Shown here: piece by piece, positions 38,600 to 48,855 of the stretch | Layout: each line of letters opens with the position of its first letter | Numbering within the stretch: position 1 is the first letter of the stretch | Assembly (NCBI GenBank): GCA_039588215.1 | Contig: JBDHAD010000039.1 | Location: forward strand, 4,320-68,319 | Direction: 5' to 3' | Length of the DNA: 64,000 nucleotides | DNA from: Gemmatimonadota bacterium | Lineage (GTDB): Bacteria; Gemmatimonadota; Gemmatimonadetes; Palauibacterales; Palauibacteraceae | Position numbers and translations under genes: made by a program | Notes under the pieces: generated by a model | Seen by the model: only the letters and a program-made list of their open reading frames with translations | What the model was told of the DNA's origin: nothing | Database searches by the model: none

Positions 38600-38616
38600 C
38601 GAGAGGGATCCGATTC

Positions 38617-39459
38617 ATGTCTCACGCAGCCACCGGCATGCGCCACGCCCGAGCGAGAAGCTCGGCAGGATTCACCCTGTTCGAGGCGCTTGTGTATCTC
38701 GTGTTCGGCGGCATGGTGGTGGCGGCCATCCACTCGGTCGTGTTCAAAAGCCAGCGTGACTTCAACGAACAGCGAGCGCTCGCCGAGGGGCAGGGCGTCC
38801 TGCGAAACGCCATGGCACTCCTCGTCGGCGAGCTCCGATCGGCGTCCGCCGCCGGCGGTGACATTCTACAGACCGATCCGAGCCTCATCCGCCTGCGGGC
38901 GATCCGGGGCGAGAGCATCATCTGCGGCTTCGTGGCGAACCAGACGGACCCGACGTATCGACTCGCGCTCGTGGGGGGCACACATGCGGCCGAGCCGGCC
39001 GATAGCGCGCTGCTCCTGGCGATCAACGGGGCCGGCCGGGACGATGACGCGTGGCAGGTCGTGAAGGTCACGCAAGTGAGCGTGACAAAGAACGCCGACA
39101 CTTGCGACTGGGCCGGCACCGCCAAGCCGGAGCTGGAACTCAGCGTGAGCGGCGATACCGCCGGGGTGAAGGTCGGCTCGCTGATCCGTCCGTTTCGGCA
39201 GACCGAGTACGGGTTGTTGGATTGGAACGGGGAATGGTGGCTGGGCCGCCGCCTACGGGGGCAACCGTGGGAACCGATGACAGGGCCCTTGCTCGCACCA
39301 GCCGACTCGGGGCTCGTGTTCACCTACCTCGCCGAGGACGGGACCGTCGCGGCGAGCGCCGCTGACATTGCGGCAATAGAGATCTTGTTGCGGGCGCGTC
39401 GATCCGGTCAATCTGCACGCGTCGACTCGCTCCGCACCAAGGTCGCGATCCGAGGTTAG
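38617..39459 (+). CDS. Minor pilin, PilW-like
   Basis: G-FTLFEAL; ELRSA; GLVFTY; alternative GTG start at 38596. Confidence 0.75.
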   Translation: MSHAATGMRHARARSSAGFTLFEALVYLVFGGMVVAAIHSVVFKSQRDFNEQRALAEGQGVLRNAMALLVGELRSASAAGGDILQTDPSLIRLRAIRGESIICGFVANQTDPTYRLALVGGTHAAEPADSALLLAINGAGRDDDAWQVVKVTQVSVTKNADTCDWAGTAKPELELSVSGDTAGVKVGSLIRPFRQTEYGLLDWNGEWWLGRRLRGQPWEPMTGPLLAPADSGLVFTYLAEDGTVAASAADIAAIEILLRARRSGQSARVDSLRTKVAIRG

Positions 39460-40760
39460 TGAAGATGTTCAACCGTTTAGACAAGCAGATGACGCTCGAC
39501 CGGGATGACCGTGGGCGCGGTGACGAGGGTGGGTACGTGCTCATCTGGGCGTTGTTCTCCTTCGTGCTGCTGGGCGGGATGGCTGCGGCCGCCCTCAAGT
39601 CGACGGGCTCGGAGCGCCGGCTCGCAAAGGCCTCCGCGGAGTGGAACGTCAGCTTCTACGCGGCCGAGGTTGGGCTCCAGCAGGCGCTCGGGATTGCGAC
39701 CGACACGCTCGTCGGGGCCCTCGTGCCGGGCGATTCGGTGGATCTTGGCTGGCAGTCGATCGACGGGTCGACGGACTATCGCGCGGTCGTCTACCGAATC
39801 GACAACGGGCCGCACATGCTGTATCAGATCCGCAGCACCGGGCGGTACGACAGGCTGTTCGCGGGTCAGACCGCGGTCACGCAGACCATGACCCTGGCTT
39901 CGGACAAGCCCGAGGCGCTCCTGATCGACGATCCCCTGCGCATCGATGGAACCGTCGACCTGAGCGGTGAATGTCGAGTGCATGCGCGCGATCAGCTTTC
40001 CGTCCCGGGGTTGATCAACACGGACGGACTCGTAAGCGCGGAGGGACTGGTGGATGGAAACATCAACCACCCGGACGGTCTCCCCCCGGAATCGTACGCG
40101 GATCCGATCCCCCCGGAGCCCTTTGACCTCGACGCCTACTGCGCATCGGCCGACTACAGGATTTCGAATGGCTGGCTGGTGACGAACGCGACGGGCGATA
40201 GCGCACAGCTCGGCAACCCGGGAGCCGCGAACTGGAGCGAGATCATCAACGGCGAGGGGTATCCTGAATACGTGTTCGACGGGGATGAGCTCACGTGGAA
40301 TCCGGCCGATCCCAATGTCAAGATGAGCGGTAGCTTCTGTGCGGATGAGAGCATCACGCTGATCGGGAGTCCGGGCCAGCCCGGGAGCCCCGCCCCCATC
40401 TCGCTTTTCGCGCGCGGGTTCGTCGAGGTGATCGGCAGCCCGTTCGTGGAGGCCGCGCACGCGGACGAAACCCTGTTCGCCACCTACGGGGACATTGTGC
40501 TGGATGGGTCGTTGGATGCCGTCACGCCCAACTACAAGGGCCACCTGCGCGCGCGAAGCGAGTGCAATACAGGGGGTACAGTTTGGGTTGACGGATCGCT
40601 CGCCTGCGGCGGCACGACGTACTCGGATCCGCCCGGCGTACGGACGATTGCGACCGACAACATCATCTTCGGCGACCTGAAGCTCACCACGACCTGCAAC
40701 GTCCACACCATCGTCGCGCCCCGCCCCATCACGCTGCGCTCCTGGCGACACGACTTCTAG
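39459..40760 (+). CDS. PilX-like protein with extended C-terminal domain
   Basis: G-YVLIWAL (no E5), SFYAAEVG, C-terminal SWR; position after PilW-like gene. Confidence 0.7.
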   Translation: MKMFNRLDKQMTLDRDDRGRGDEGGYVLIWALFSFVLLGGMAAAALKSTGSERRLAKASAEWNVSFYAAEVGLQQALGIATDTLVGALVPGDSVDLGWQSIDGSTDYRAVVYRIDNGPHMLYQIRSTGRYDRLFAGQTAVTQTMTLASDKPEALLIDDPLRIDGTVDLSGECRVHARDQLSVPGLINTDGLVSAEGLVDGNINHPDGLPPESYADPIPPEPFDLDAYCASADYRISNGWLVTNATGDSAQLGNPGAANWSEIINGEGYPEYVFDGDELTWNPADPNVKMSGSFCADESITLIGSPGQPGSPAPISLFARGFVEVIGSPFVEAAHADETLFATYGDIVLDGSLDAVTPNYKGHLRARSECNTGGTVWVDGSLACGGTTYSDPPGVRTIATDNIIFGDLKLTTTCNVHTIVAPRPITLRSWRHDF

Positions 40761-40952
40761 GCGTCGAGCCGGTACTCCCCCGCTGCTCTCCTATCGAGCG
40801 GGATCGACCAGGTTGCCCCAACAGGGGCACCGCTCTTGCACTTAGCGACCTGGCTCGGCTCGCACGAAGGCGTCATCCGCCGGCCACGCAGCCGGCCGAA
40901 TCGCGCTACTGAGCGGAGGAAACACAGGCTCGCTAGGGGTGATAAACGGCGT

Positions 40953-43208
40953 ATGCTGCGGATAGCGCGAGGCCGGAGCGGTCGAAAGGCGGGAGACAGA
41001 CGGGTGCGGTCGCGCGTGGCGCGTCGCATGGTCCTCCTGTTTATCGCATGTGCCCTGGTCCCGGTCTCCGCGCTTGCGCTGTTCTCCTATCGTCAAGTGT
41101 CCCGGCAGCTGGAGGCCCAGAGCCGGGCCGGCCTGCGGGAGGCTGGAAAGCTCGCGGGCATGCCCCTGCTGGAGCGGCTCGATTTCCTGGACGAGAAGCT
41201 CCGGGTCCTGGCCTCGACGGCCACTCCGGCATCGAACGGAACGGTCGCCGCATTGCGGAAGGCCATTGAAGCGACGGACGGCGGGCGACGTCACTTCCTC
41301 TCATTCGTGCTCCGATGGAACGGCGAGACGATTCCGATCGTCTCAGGGGACGATTTCGCCATCGATCCGAGCTCGTCCCTGCCCGCCGCGGCCAACGCAC
41401 ACTTCGCCGCCGGGCGCTCGTGGCTGCATGTCCTGCACGATCGCACCGGCCCCAGAATCTTCCTGATCCGAGGGATGGATCCAAGCGATCCGACAGCCGG
41501 AAAGCTGTGGGCAGAGCTGGAGCCGGAGTATCTGTTCACGGGTGGGTTGGGTGAGGATGGCATTCCCACGGGCATGGACCTCTGTGTTCTGGATGGCGAG
41601 GCGGGCCCGCTCTACTGTCCGAGTCCAACGGGCGATGAACAATTGCGCGCCCTCGCCGAGGCCATCGCTTCACGCTCCGTGGATGCGATCGGGTGGGAGG
41701 CGAACGAGGGAGAGTATTTGTCCGGCTTCTGGACGGCCTTCCTCGGATACTCCTATGGATCTAGCGACTGGACGGTGATGCTGAGCGAGCCGCGGAGCGT
41801 TGCGCTCGCTCCCATGGCGGAGTTCCGGCAGGTCTTCCCGCTCATCGCGATCCTCGTCGTCGTCCTGGCCTTTCTGTTCAGCAATATCCAGATACGCCAC
41901 AACTTGGAGCCGCTCGATCGACTCAAGGCCGCCACTGAGCGGATCGCGCGTCGAGACTTCGGAACGCCCGTGGAGGTCCGCAGCCGCGACGAGTTCGAGG
42001 TGCTCGCAGAGGCGATCAACACGATGAGCCAGAGCCTGGCCGCCCAGTTCGGCGCCATGGCCGCCCTCGGCGAGATCGATCGCGCCGTCCTGTCGGCCCT
42101 CCGCACCGAGGCGATCGTCGAAATCGTGCTGGCGCGAGCGAGCGATGTCACCGCGTGCGACGCCGTGGCGGTTGGCATCCTCGGGGACGATGGCAAGCTC
42201 CGGCTATCGGGGCCGGAAACCGATCGGCCGACTTCCGCCGCTCTCGCGCACGTGCCGCATGAGAGCGAGCTGTCGCCGCTGCGACGAGGAGACGTGCTTC
42301 GCTTCGGGCCCGACCTCCGGTGCCCCGGCTATCTGAGCCGCGCCTTGGCGGGCGAAGGGTCCACCGCTCAGGTGCTCGTGTTCCCGCTGCGAACCAGCGA
42401 AGCGCTCCTGGGGATCCTCGCTCTCGGGTACGATGGTGAGCCGCCAGAAGACGAGGAAGCGCTGAACCGCGACCGCAAGCTCGCAGACCAGATCACGGTA
42501 GCGCTGGAAAACGCGGGTCTGGTCGAGCGCTTGGATCGACTCACCCTGGGCACGCTCGAGGCGCTCGCCCGCACCGTCGACTCCAAATCTCGGTGGACGG
42601 CGGGTCATTCGAAGCGAGTGGCGGAACTGGCCCTGCGGCTCGGAGAGGCCGTCCAGCTGTCCGAGCTCGACCTCCAAGTCCTCTATCGAGGCGCGCTGCT
42701 CCACGACATCGGCAAGATCGGCGTACCGGCTGCGATCCTGAACAAGCCCGCGCGGCTCACGGACGAGGAGATGAAGAAGATTCGCGAGCATCCCGAGATC
42801 GGGTTTCGCATCCTCTCTCCGATCGAGAGCCTCGCGGACATCCTCCCGATCGTGCGGCACCATCACGAACGGTACGACGGAGGTGGGTATCCGGGGGGGA
42901 TGCCCTCCAGCCAGCTACCCGAGCTGGTGCGACTCGTCACGGTTGTCGACACGTACGACACACTCGTAAACGACCGTCCCTACAGGGCGGGCCTGGATCC
43001 CGAAGCCGCGCTCGAACTGCTCGTCGAAGGGGACGGTTCGCAGTTCGATCCCGAGCTCGTGACCGCGCTCGTGACCCTCGTCCGGGACCAGGGCGAGCGG
43101 CAGGAGGCGGAAGCCGGGGCCACACGGACCGAGACCGGGCCTCATGGGTCTGCGGTTGGCGGAAACACCTCGATCGAGACATTGCCCATGGAGGATGCCG
43201 TGGCGTGA
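40953..43208 (+). CDS. Membrane HAMP-GAF-HD-GYP phosphodiesterase (paralogue of 34839-36968)
   Basis: RSRVARRMVLLFIACALVP, HAMP, GHSKRV, LLHDIGK, HHERYDGGGYP. Confidence 0.9.
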   Translation: MLRIARGRSGRKAGDRRVRSRVARRMVLLFIACALVPVSALALFSYRQVSRQLEAQSRAGLREAGKLAGMPLLERLDFLDEKLRVLASTATPASNGTVAALRKAIEATDGGRRHFLSFVLRWNGETIPIVSGDDFAIDPSSSLPAAANAHFAAGRSWLHVLHDRTGPRIFLIRGMDPSDPTAGKLWAELEPEYLFTGGLGEDGIPTGMDLCVLDGEAGPLYCPSPTGDEQLRALAEAIASRSVDAIGWEANEGEYLSGFWTAFLGYSYGSSDWTVMLSEPRSVALAPMAEFRQVFPLIAILVVVLAFLFSNIQIRHNLEPLDRLKAATERIARRDFGTPVEVRSRDEFEVLAEAINTMSQSLAAQFGAMAALGEIDRAVLSALRTEAIVEIVLARASDVTACDAVAVGILGDDGKLRLSGPETDRPTSAALAHVPHESELSPLRRGDVLRFGPDLRCPGYLSRALAGEGSTAQVLVFPLRTSEALLGILALGYDGEPPEDEEALNRDRKLADQITVALENAGLVERLDRLTLGTLEALARTVDSKSRWTAGHSKRVAELALRLGEAVQLSELDLQVLYRGALLHDIGKIGVPAAILNKPARLTDEEMKKIREHPEIGFRILSPIESLADILPIVRHHHERYDGGGYPGGMPSSQLPELVRLVTVVDTYDTLVNDRPYRAGLDPEAALELLVEGDGSQFDPELVTALVTLVRDQGERQEAEAGATRTETGPHGSAVGGNTSIETLPMEDAVA

Positions 43209-43419
43209 CCGACCACCTGCTCACGAACCTCCGATTCGGCTAATCGAAACCTCACCGCCGAACTCCTCGTCATGATCACAGCCCGAGACGCGTCCCACGC
43301 GGCTGCAGCAGGACATGTTGGGGCGTGTGTCTGCTCATATGTCGGGCGATGGGCCCATGCACGCTCCCGGCGTATCTTGACTCGCACGTTTCCCGCCATG
43401 ATTCACCAGGGAGAGATTC

Positions 43420-45144
43420 ATGCAGCCGATGGCGTCGCAGCTGATCAAGTACCTTCCGCGTGCGGTGTTGATCGCCGCGCTCACGGGCGCTGGGCTTCCC
43501 TCCATCGCCGTCGCTCAGACCCTGAGCGCGGAGGCCTACCTCGACACCAATGAGCAAGCCGAGGCAGCGTACCGAGACGGCCGTTATGCGGATGCCGCGG
43601 CCGCGTTCCGGGCGCTCCTCGAGGCGAACCCGGGGGACGGCGACTTGTGGATCCGGCTCGCCAGGGCGCACGAACGGGCCGAAGACCGGCCCGAGGCCAT
43701 CGAGTCCTTCCAGCGCGCGAAGGCGTTGGGCTACGGGACGGGGTATACGATCGACGTCTGGATCGCCGCTCTGTACGCGGACATGGACGTTCCTGAGCAA
43801 GCATACGAGTGGCTCGAGCGGGCGCTCGCCGACGGGCTCGAGGGCCGCAACCGCATCAGCCAGCACCGCGCCTTCAAGCGCTATGAGGATGACGACCGGT
43901 ACCGTCGCCTGGCTGGTCTCCTGCCGCAGCGCGCGTTCACCCGTGAAGAGGGCTGGCGGTACGACCTCGACTACCTCGTCGAGGAGATCCGGCGATTGCA
44001 CGCGGCCTTCGAGCGCCCCGCGTTCTCGCCCGAGTTCGACGCGGCCATCGCCGACATTCGGGCTGGGATCCCGGGCCTGACGGACGAGCAGATCGCGAAC
44101 GAGCTCAAGCGGCTCGTGGTGATGCTTGGCGACGGTCACAGTGGGATCTGGTCGGTTCCTCAGGGCGAGGTGCGATTCTCCGGCCTCCCGATCGACGTCT
44201 ATTTGTTCAGTGATGGGCCATTCATCGTCGGAGCCGGGGGCGCGGATGCGCAGGAGCTGATCGGGAGCCGGTTGCTCGAGATCGGGGGCCGCCCGGTCGA
44301 CGAGCTGGTGCCCGGCGTCGAGCCGTACCTGGCGGTCGACAACCCGATGGGTGTGCGCTCGGGGACACCGGCCCTCATCACGCGGATCGACCTGCTCGAG
44401 GAGCTGGGAGCGACCCGTGACGGAGACGCCATGTCGGTGACCGTTGCCGACCCCGCCGGGACCACGCGCACCGTGACCCTCACCGCCGGTCTACCCCGAC
44501 GCACCTGGCGCCTGACCGGACCACCCGCCGGCGCGTCGACGCCCGCTCCGCTCTACCTCAGCAACCCATCGAGAAACATCTGGCTGGAAGAACTGCCCGA
44601 CGCCGACGCCGTGTACGTCCAGTATAACCAGGTGGGGAACGAGCGTGGAAATACGGTCGCCGCGTTCGCCGACACCCTGCTCGCGACGCTGGAACGCACC
44701 CGTTCTACGAGCGTGATCGTGGATGTCCGCCGGAACGGGGGTGGCAACAACTTCCTCAACTGGCCGCTGGTTCGGTCGCTCATCCGGTTCGAGAGCGGCG
44801 CCCCCGATCGGAGGATTTTCGTGCTCCCCGGACGCCATACGTTCTCGGCGGCGCAGAACTTCGTGAATTGGGTCGAGCGGCTGACCGATGCCGTGTTCGT
44901 GGGAGAGCCGACCGGTTCACGCCCGAACTTCACGGGCGAGACCACGCCGGTCACCCTGCCGTACAGCGGTCTCCAGGGGAGCATCTCGTCGCGCTACTGG
45001 CAGGATTCGCACTCGAACGACGACCGGCTGTGGATCGCGCCCGACATCCCCGTCGGGCTCTCCTCCGCGGACTACTTCTCCAACCGGGATCCGGTCCTGG
45101 CAGCGGTCCTACGTCTGATCGAGAGCGGTCGCGCCATCTCCTGA
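43420..45144 (+). CDS. TPR plus S41-like peptidase
   Basis: Signal peptide, TPR, LGDGHS, VDVRRNGGG, TFSAA, VGEPTG, PDI. Confidence 0.8.
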   Translation: MQPMASQLIKYLPRAVLIAALTGAGLPSIAVAQTLSAEAYLDTNEQAEAAYRDGRYADAAAAFRALLEANPGDGDLWIRLARAHERAEDRPEAIESFQRAKALGYGTGYTIDVWIAALYADMDVPEQAYEWLERALADGLEGRNRISQHRAFKRYEDDDRYRRLAGLLPQRAFTREEGWRYDLDYLVEEIRRLHAAFERPAFSPEFDAAIADIRAGIPGLTDEQIANELKRLVVMLGDGHSGIWSVPQGEVRFSGLPIDVYLFSDGPFIVGAGGADAQELIGSRLLEIGGRPVDELVPGVEPYLAVDNPMGVRSGTPALITRIDLLEELGATRDGDAMSVTVADPAGTTRTVTLTAGLPRRTWRLTGPPAGASTPAPLYLSNPSRNIWLEELPDADAVYVQYNQVGNERGNTVAAFADTLLATLERTRSTSVIVDVRRNGGGNNFLNWPLVRSLIRFESGAPDRRIFVLPGRHTFSAAQNFVNWVERLTDAVFVGEPTGSRPNFTGETTPVTLPYSGLQGSISSRYWQDSHSNDDRLWIAPDIPVGLSSADYFSNRDPVLAAVLRLIESGRAIS

Positions 45145-45204
45145 TCGAGCTTCGGAAGACTGACCCGGCAGGACCTCTCGCGCCGACCCGAGTTGGACCA
45201 CGGG

Positions 45205-46737
45205 TCACAGAGCCGCCTCGGTGGCCCGGAAGAGCACATCGTCGGGGATATCGGCCTCTCGTTTCCAGCGGGCGCTCGCCGTCCATGCACCGGGGTCGGC
45301 GCCACGGAGTCGGTTCTGCCGCGCGAGCGCGGCCACGGGCTGGTCCGGCAGCCTCGGCGGCGGTCTTCCTCGCCCCGCCAGATGGACCGACCCCTGGGGA
45401 TCGCGAAACGCCGGCCGTCCTGTTCCCCACCATTCGATAATCCAGCCGCCCTCGTGCACGAGGCGATGATGATGGCGGCACAAGAGCAGCGTGTTGTCCA
45501 GGCTCGTCTCACCGCCATCGGCCCAATGAACGACGTGGTGCGCCTCCGTGAAGCGGAGACCGCAGCCCGGGAACCGACATCCCCGATCCCGGATCTCAAG
45601 GGCCCGTCGTAGCGCCGGCGAGATCGTTCGGGTCCGGCGCCCCACGTTCAGCACGGGTCCCCGGTGCCCGTCACCCGAGCCGTTCGCCGCCCGGGTGAGG
45701 CAGACGAGGCCGGCGTCGCACGAGAGCCGGCGGGACGTTTCAGCTGAAACGCGCGTCCCGTCCTCCAGCTCCGAACGGCCCGGCTCACCGTCCTCGGCCA
45801 ACGTCTCGTGGTCGACGTGCAGGACGACCTGATACCGCTCGGCACGGGTTCCCGAGATCGGAGCGTCAGTCGAGTCTGTACCTTCACTCGAGCCGAATCC
45901 CGCCGCCAGCGCTCGCTCGGCCAACAGCCCCACCGCGTCGGCCCGCCGACGGGCCGCCTCTCGAGCGGTATCGGGGACAGCGTGACGCGCTGCCTCGGCC
46001 GCTGCCTCGGCCGCGTCTACGGGTGCCCGTTCCCGGACGCGCTGCCGCTCGCGGTACAGCGCGTCGCTCGCCGCCTCCACGGCCCGCATCAGGAGCGCCC
46101 CGACTTCGGGGTCCAGTCGGCCCTGCACCACGTACATACCGTCTTCGTCGGGGAACACCGACAGGGCGCGTGACCGGTGCCGCTCCCGCTCCCACGCCGC
46201 CTCGTCCTCGCGGCTGCCCTTCTTCCATGCCCGTACCATCCGCTCCAGCTGCGCGGTTGTGCACCCCTCGGCCAGCTCCAGCAGTTCGGCCTCCGTCTCG
46301 GCCTCCGCTACGCGGGACAGCGCACGGACCTGCGAAAAGGAGAGCTCGCCGCGCGACATCGCCGAACCGGTCCGGGGAAGCCCCTCGAGCGCACGGGCGA
46401 CCCGTACGTGCTCGCGCGCCGTACCCAGGTCGAGACCCGCTCGGAACGACAGCCAGTGGGCGCAGCTGCGGTGACCCGCCGGCTCCCACCCTCGCAATCG
46501 ATCGAACCGCGCGAGGAGGACCAGAAGGCGGTGTGTGCCCGCGTGGATGTGCGCGGCCAGCGTGGCAATCTCGTCACCCAGGTCCTCGACCACGTCCGGA
46601 CCTGGACCGAGGGATCTCCCACGCCCCGAAGCGGCCCAGGTCTCCTCGGCAGGCTCCAGCGCCGCGAGCGCGGCGTATCCCATCGCGTCCCTCTCTCTCA
46701 GGCAAACACCAGATTCCTCTATCCCTGAAAGATGCAC
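45205..46737 (-). CDS. DUF222 / HNH endonuclease (13E12-repeat-like)
   Basis: SCAHWLS, GELSFSQVR, RLSCDA, RDRGCRFPGC, AHHVVHWADGG, LLCRHHH. Confidence 0.85.
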   Translation of the reverse strand: MHLSGIEESGVCLRERDAMGYAALAALEPAEETWAASGRGRSLGPGPDVVEDLGDEIATLAAHIHAGTHRLLVLLARFDRLRGWEPAGHRSCAHWLSFRAGLDLGTAREHVRVARALEGLPRTGSAMSRGELSFSQVRALSRVAEAETEAELLELAEGCTTAQLERMVRAWKKGSREDEAAWERERHRSRALSVFPDEDGMYVVQGRLDPEVGALLMRAVEAASDALYRERQRVRERAPVDAAEAAAEAARHAVPDTAREAARRRADAVGLLAERALAAGFGSSEGTDSTDAPISGTRAERYQVVLHVDHETLAEDGEPGRSELEDGTRVSAETSRRLSCDAGLVCLTRAANGSGDGHRGPVLNVGRRTRTISPALRRALEIRDRGCRFPGCGLRFTEAHHVVHWADGGETSLDNTLLLCRHHHRLVHEGGWIIEWWGTGRPAFRDPQGSVHLAGRGRPPPRLPDQPVAALARQNRLRGADPGAWTASARWKREADIPDDVLFRATEAAL

Positions 46738-46788
46738 GACGCTATCAACGGGATATGAACATCAACCGGCTCTCAACGCGGCGGGGCG

Positions 46789-46881
46789 CGCCGCTCAGGA
46801 TGCCTCGCGCCGGGGTGCGCCGCTCAGGATGCCTCGCGTCGGGACGCCGCTCAGGATGCCTCGCGTCCCGGGACGCCGCTC
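46789..46881. repeat. Tandem repeat: 21-bp core x3 plus partial fourth (period 27-29)
   Basis: cgccgctcaggatgcctcgcg at 46789, 46818, 46845; partial at 46874. Confidence 0.85.
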
Positions 46882-46921
46882 GGCGGTGACGACCGTCCTC
46901 GCGACGCGCGCCTGGGCGTCT

Positions 46922-47335
46922 CTAGCCTGCCGAGAATGGTAGTGCCGGCTCTCGGTCACCGGCTGCGTAGCGCCACACGTCGATCAGGTCGATGATGAAC
47001 GAGATTCCATCTGCGATGATCACCGCGAGGAGCCAGCGCCCCAGGCCGCCGCCGGTGCCGGCCTCCTGAAACCGGCCCCAGAGCCAGAGCAGCATCGGCC
47101 CCCACGCCAGCAGGTGCGGCAGCCCCAGCAGTCGCACGAACCCCTTGGCTCGCACGATCACGAGCATGAAGAGAAACGAGATGGTCATCGCCCCCACGAT
47201 GATCTGCCCCTCCGTTCTCCCGATGTAGAGAAGGCCGGGGATCATGTTGACCGCTGCGAGCAGCGCCACCCATGCCCGCCAGAACCACCCCAGGGACCAG
47301 ATCCCGCGAACGAACTCCGACATCGCTTGGCCCAT
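46922..47335 (-). CDS. Small multi-TM membrane protein
   Basis: Four hydrophobic segments; GFVRLLGLPH; GAGGAG RBS. Confidence 0.75.
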   Translation of the reverse strand: MGQAMSEFVRGIWSLGWFWRAWVALLAAVNMIPGLLYIGRTEGQIIVGAMTISFLFMLVIVRAKGFVRLLGLPHLLAWGPMLLWLWGRFQEAGTGGGLGRWLLAVIIADGISFIIDLIDVWRYAAGDREPALPFSAG

Positions 47336-47427
47336 CACTGATCTCCTCTCTCGCTTCTTAGGCAAGACCGACCGCCGTGGTGCGCGGGCGTTGACGCGCG
47401 ACCGGCTGCGCCCTCCTCTTTGAGCCT

Positions 47428-48855
47428 ATGCCTTCAAAGCCGACAGACCACGTCGACGGTTCCGCGGGCGGCGCAGCGGGCCCCGACCCGAGCGCGGCCA
47501 AGTCCGCTTGGGACGATCTGCCGATGATCGTCGAGCCCGTCTACGGCATCGATGAGCGCCCAGAATCGTGGTGGGAGACCATCCTGTACGGCTGGCAGCA
47601 CACGCTGGTCGACATCTCGCCCTTCGTGCTGCCTCTCGCCGTCGCCGCGGCCATTGGAATGTCGGCGGGAGACTCCGCCCGGTTCATCAACTTCTGTCTG
47701 TTCTCGATGGGCGTCGCCACCCTGATTCAGACCACGATCGGAAATCGGCTCCCGATTATCCAGGGTCCCTCGGCCACGTTGACCGGCACCATGGCCCCGA
47801 TCGCCGCCCAAATCGGGCCGGCCGCCATGTGGGGGGGCGCGTTCCTCGGCGGCCTGATCGAGATGATGGTCGGTGGGGCACGGCTGGTCGGTCTCATGCG
47901 GCGTCTCTTCCCACCGGTGGTCGCCGGCGTGGTCGTCGTCACGATCGCGCTCGCGCTCGGACAGCTCGCCGTGCGGCTCATGGTGGGTGACGGGAGCGGG
48001 ATCAACTTCGCCCTCGCCGCCACGGTCCTCGGTTTGATCGCGCTCCTCCAGATCCGCTTTCGAAACGTAGCCGGGGGCCTCCTCGCACGTGGCGCGATCT
48101 TCATCTCGATCTGGGTCGTCGGTCTCGGGCTCGGTGGCGTACTGGGCGAAGTCGATTGGGCCCTGGTCCGCGACCGGCCATGGCTGGCCGCGCCCGCGCT
48201 GTTCCCCTACGGGGGACCGGGTCTCGGGTGGGCCTTCTCGTTCGCGGCCGCTGCGGCCATCCTCGCCGGCTACCTGGGCTCGATGGTCGAGTCGCTGGGG
48301 GACTACGCGGCCACCTGCGCCGTCGCCGGGGAGCGATACGAGGTGCGCCACATGAACCGCGGGATCTTCGCCGAGGGGCTCGGGAGCGCGATCGCCGCGA
48401 CCCTGGGCGGGCTTCCGTGCACGAGCTACACGCAGAACGTGGGGATCATCGCGGCCACCCGCGTGGCGAGCCGGACGGTCGTGCGGATCGCGGCCGTCAT
48501 CCTTCTCCTGTACGGGCTGAGCCCGAAGTTCGGGGCGCTGCTGGTCGCCCTCCCACGCTCGGTTCTGGGAGGCGTGTTCGTGCTCGTGTGCGGCATGATC
48601 GCGATCTCGGGTCTTCGGATTCTGGCCAGCGTGCCGGACAGCCCCTCCAACAACACGATCGTGGGCGCGACCCTCATCATTGCCGCGGGACTCCCCATCT
48701 ACGCGCAGTTCGGACTCGGCGAAGCCTGGTTGAGCGAGGTGCCGTTGCTCCTCCGGCTCCTGATCACGAACTCGGTGGTCTTGGGGGTACTGCTCGCGGT
48801 GGGTCTGCACGCGCTGTTTCGATTCGGGTTGCGCCCGACAGGAGGTGTCCCATGA
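47428..48855 (+). CDS. NCS2 family (xanthine/uracil-type) permease
   Basis: GWQH, RLPIIQGPS, ESLGD, TSYTQNVG signature. Confidence 0.9.
   Translation: MPSKPTDHVDGSAGGAAGPDPSAAKSAWDDLPMIVEPVYGIDERPESWWETILYGWQHTLVDISPFVLPLAVAAAIGMSAGDSARFINFCLFSMGVATLIQTTIGNRLPIIQGPSATLTGTMAPIAAQIGPAAMWGGAFLGGLIEMMVGGARLVGLMRRLFPPVVAGVVVVTIALALGQLAVRLMVGDGSGINFALAATVLGLIALLQIRFRNVAGGLLARGAIFISIWVVGLGLGGVLGEVDWALVRDRPWLAAPALFPYGGPGLGWAFSFAAAAAILAGYLGSMVESLGDYAATCAVAGERYEVRHMNRGIFAEGLGSAIAATLGGLPCTSYTQNVGIIAATRVASRTVVRIAAVILLLYGLSPKFGALLVALPRSVLGGVFVLVCGMIAISGLRILASVPDSPSNNTIVGATLIIAAGLPIYAQFGLGEAWLSEVPLLLRLLITNSVVLGVLLAVGLHALFRFGLRPTGGVP

Noticed and set aside
46789-46881. Possible CRISPR array
   Set aside because: Linkers are only 6-8 nt and similar to one another; no cas genes in the window.
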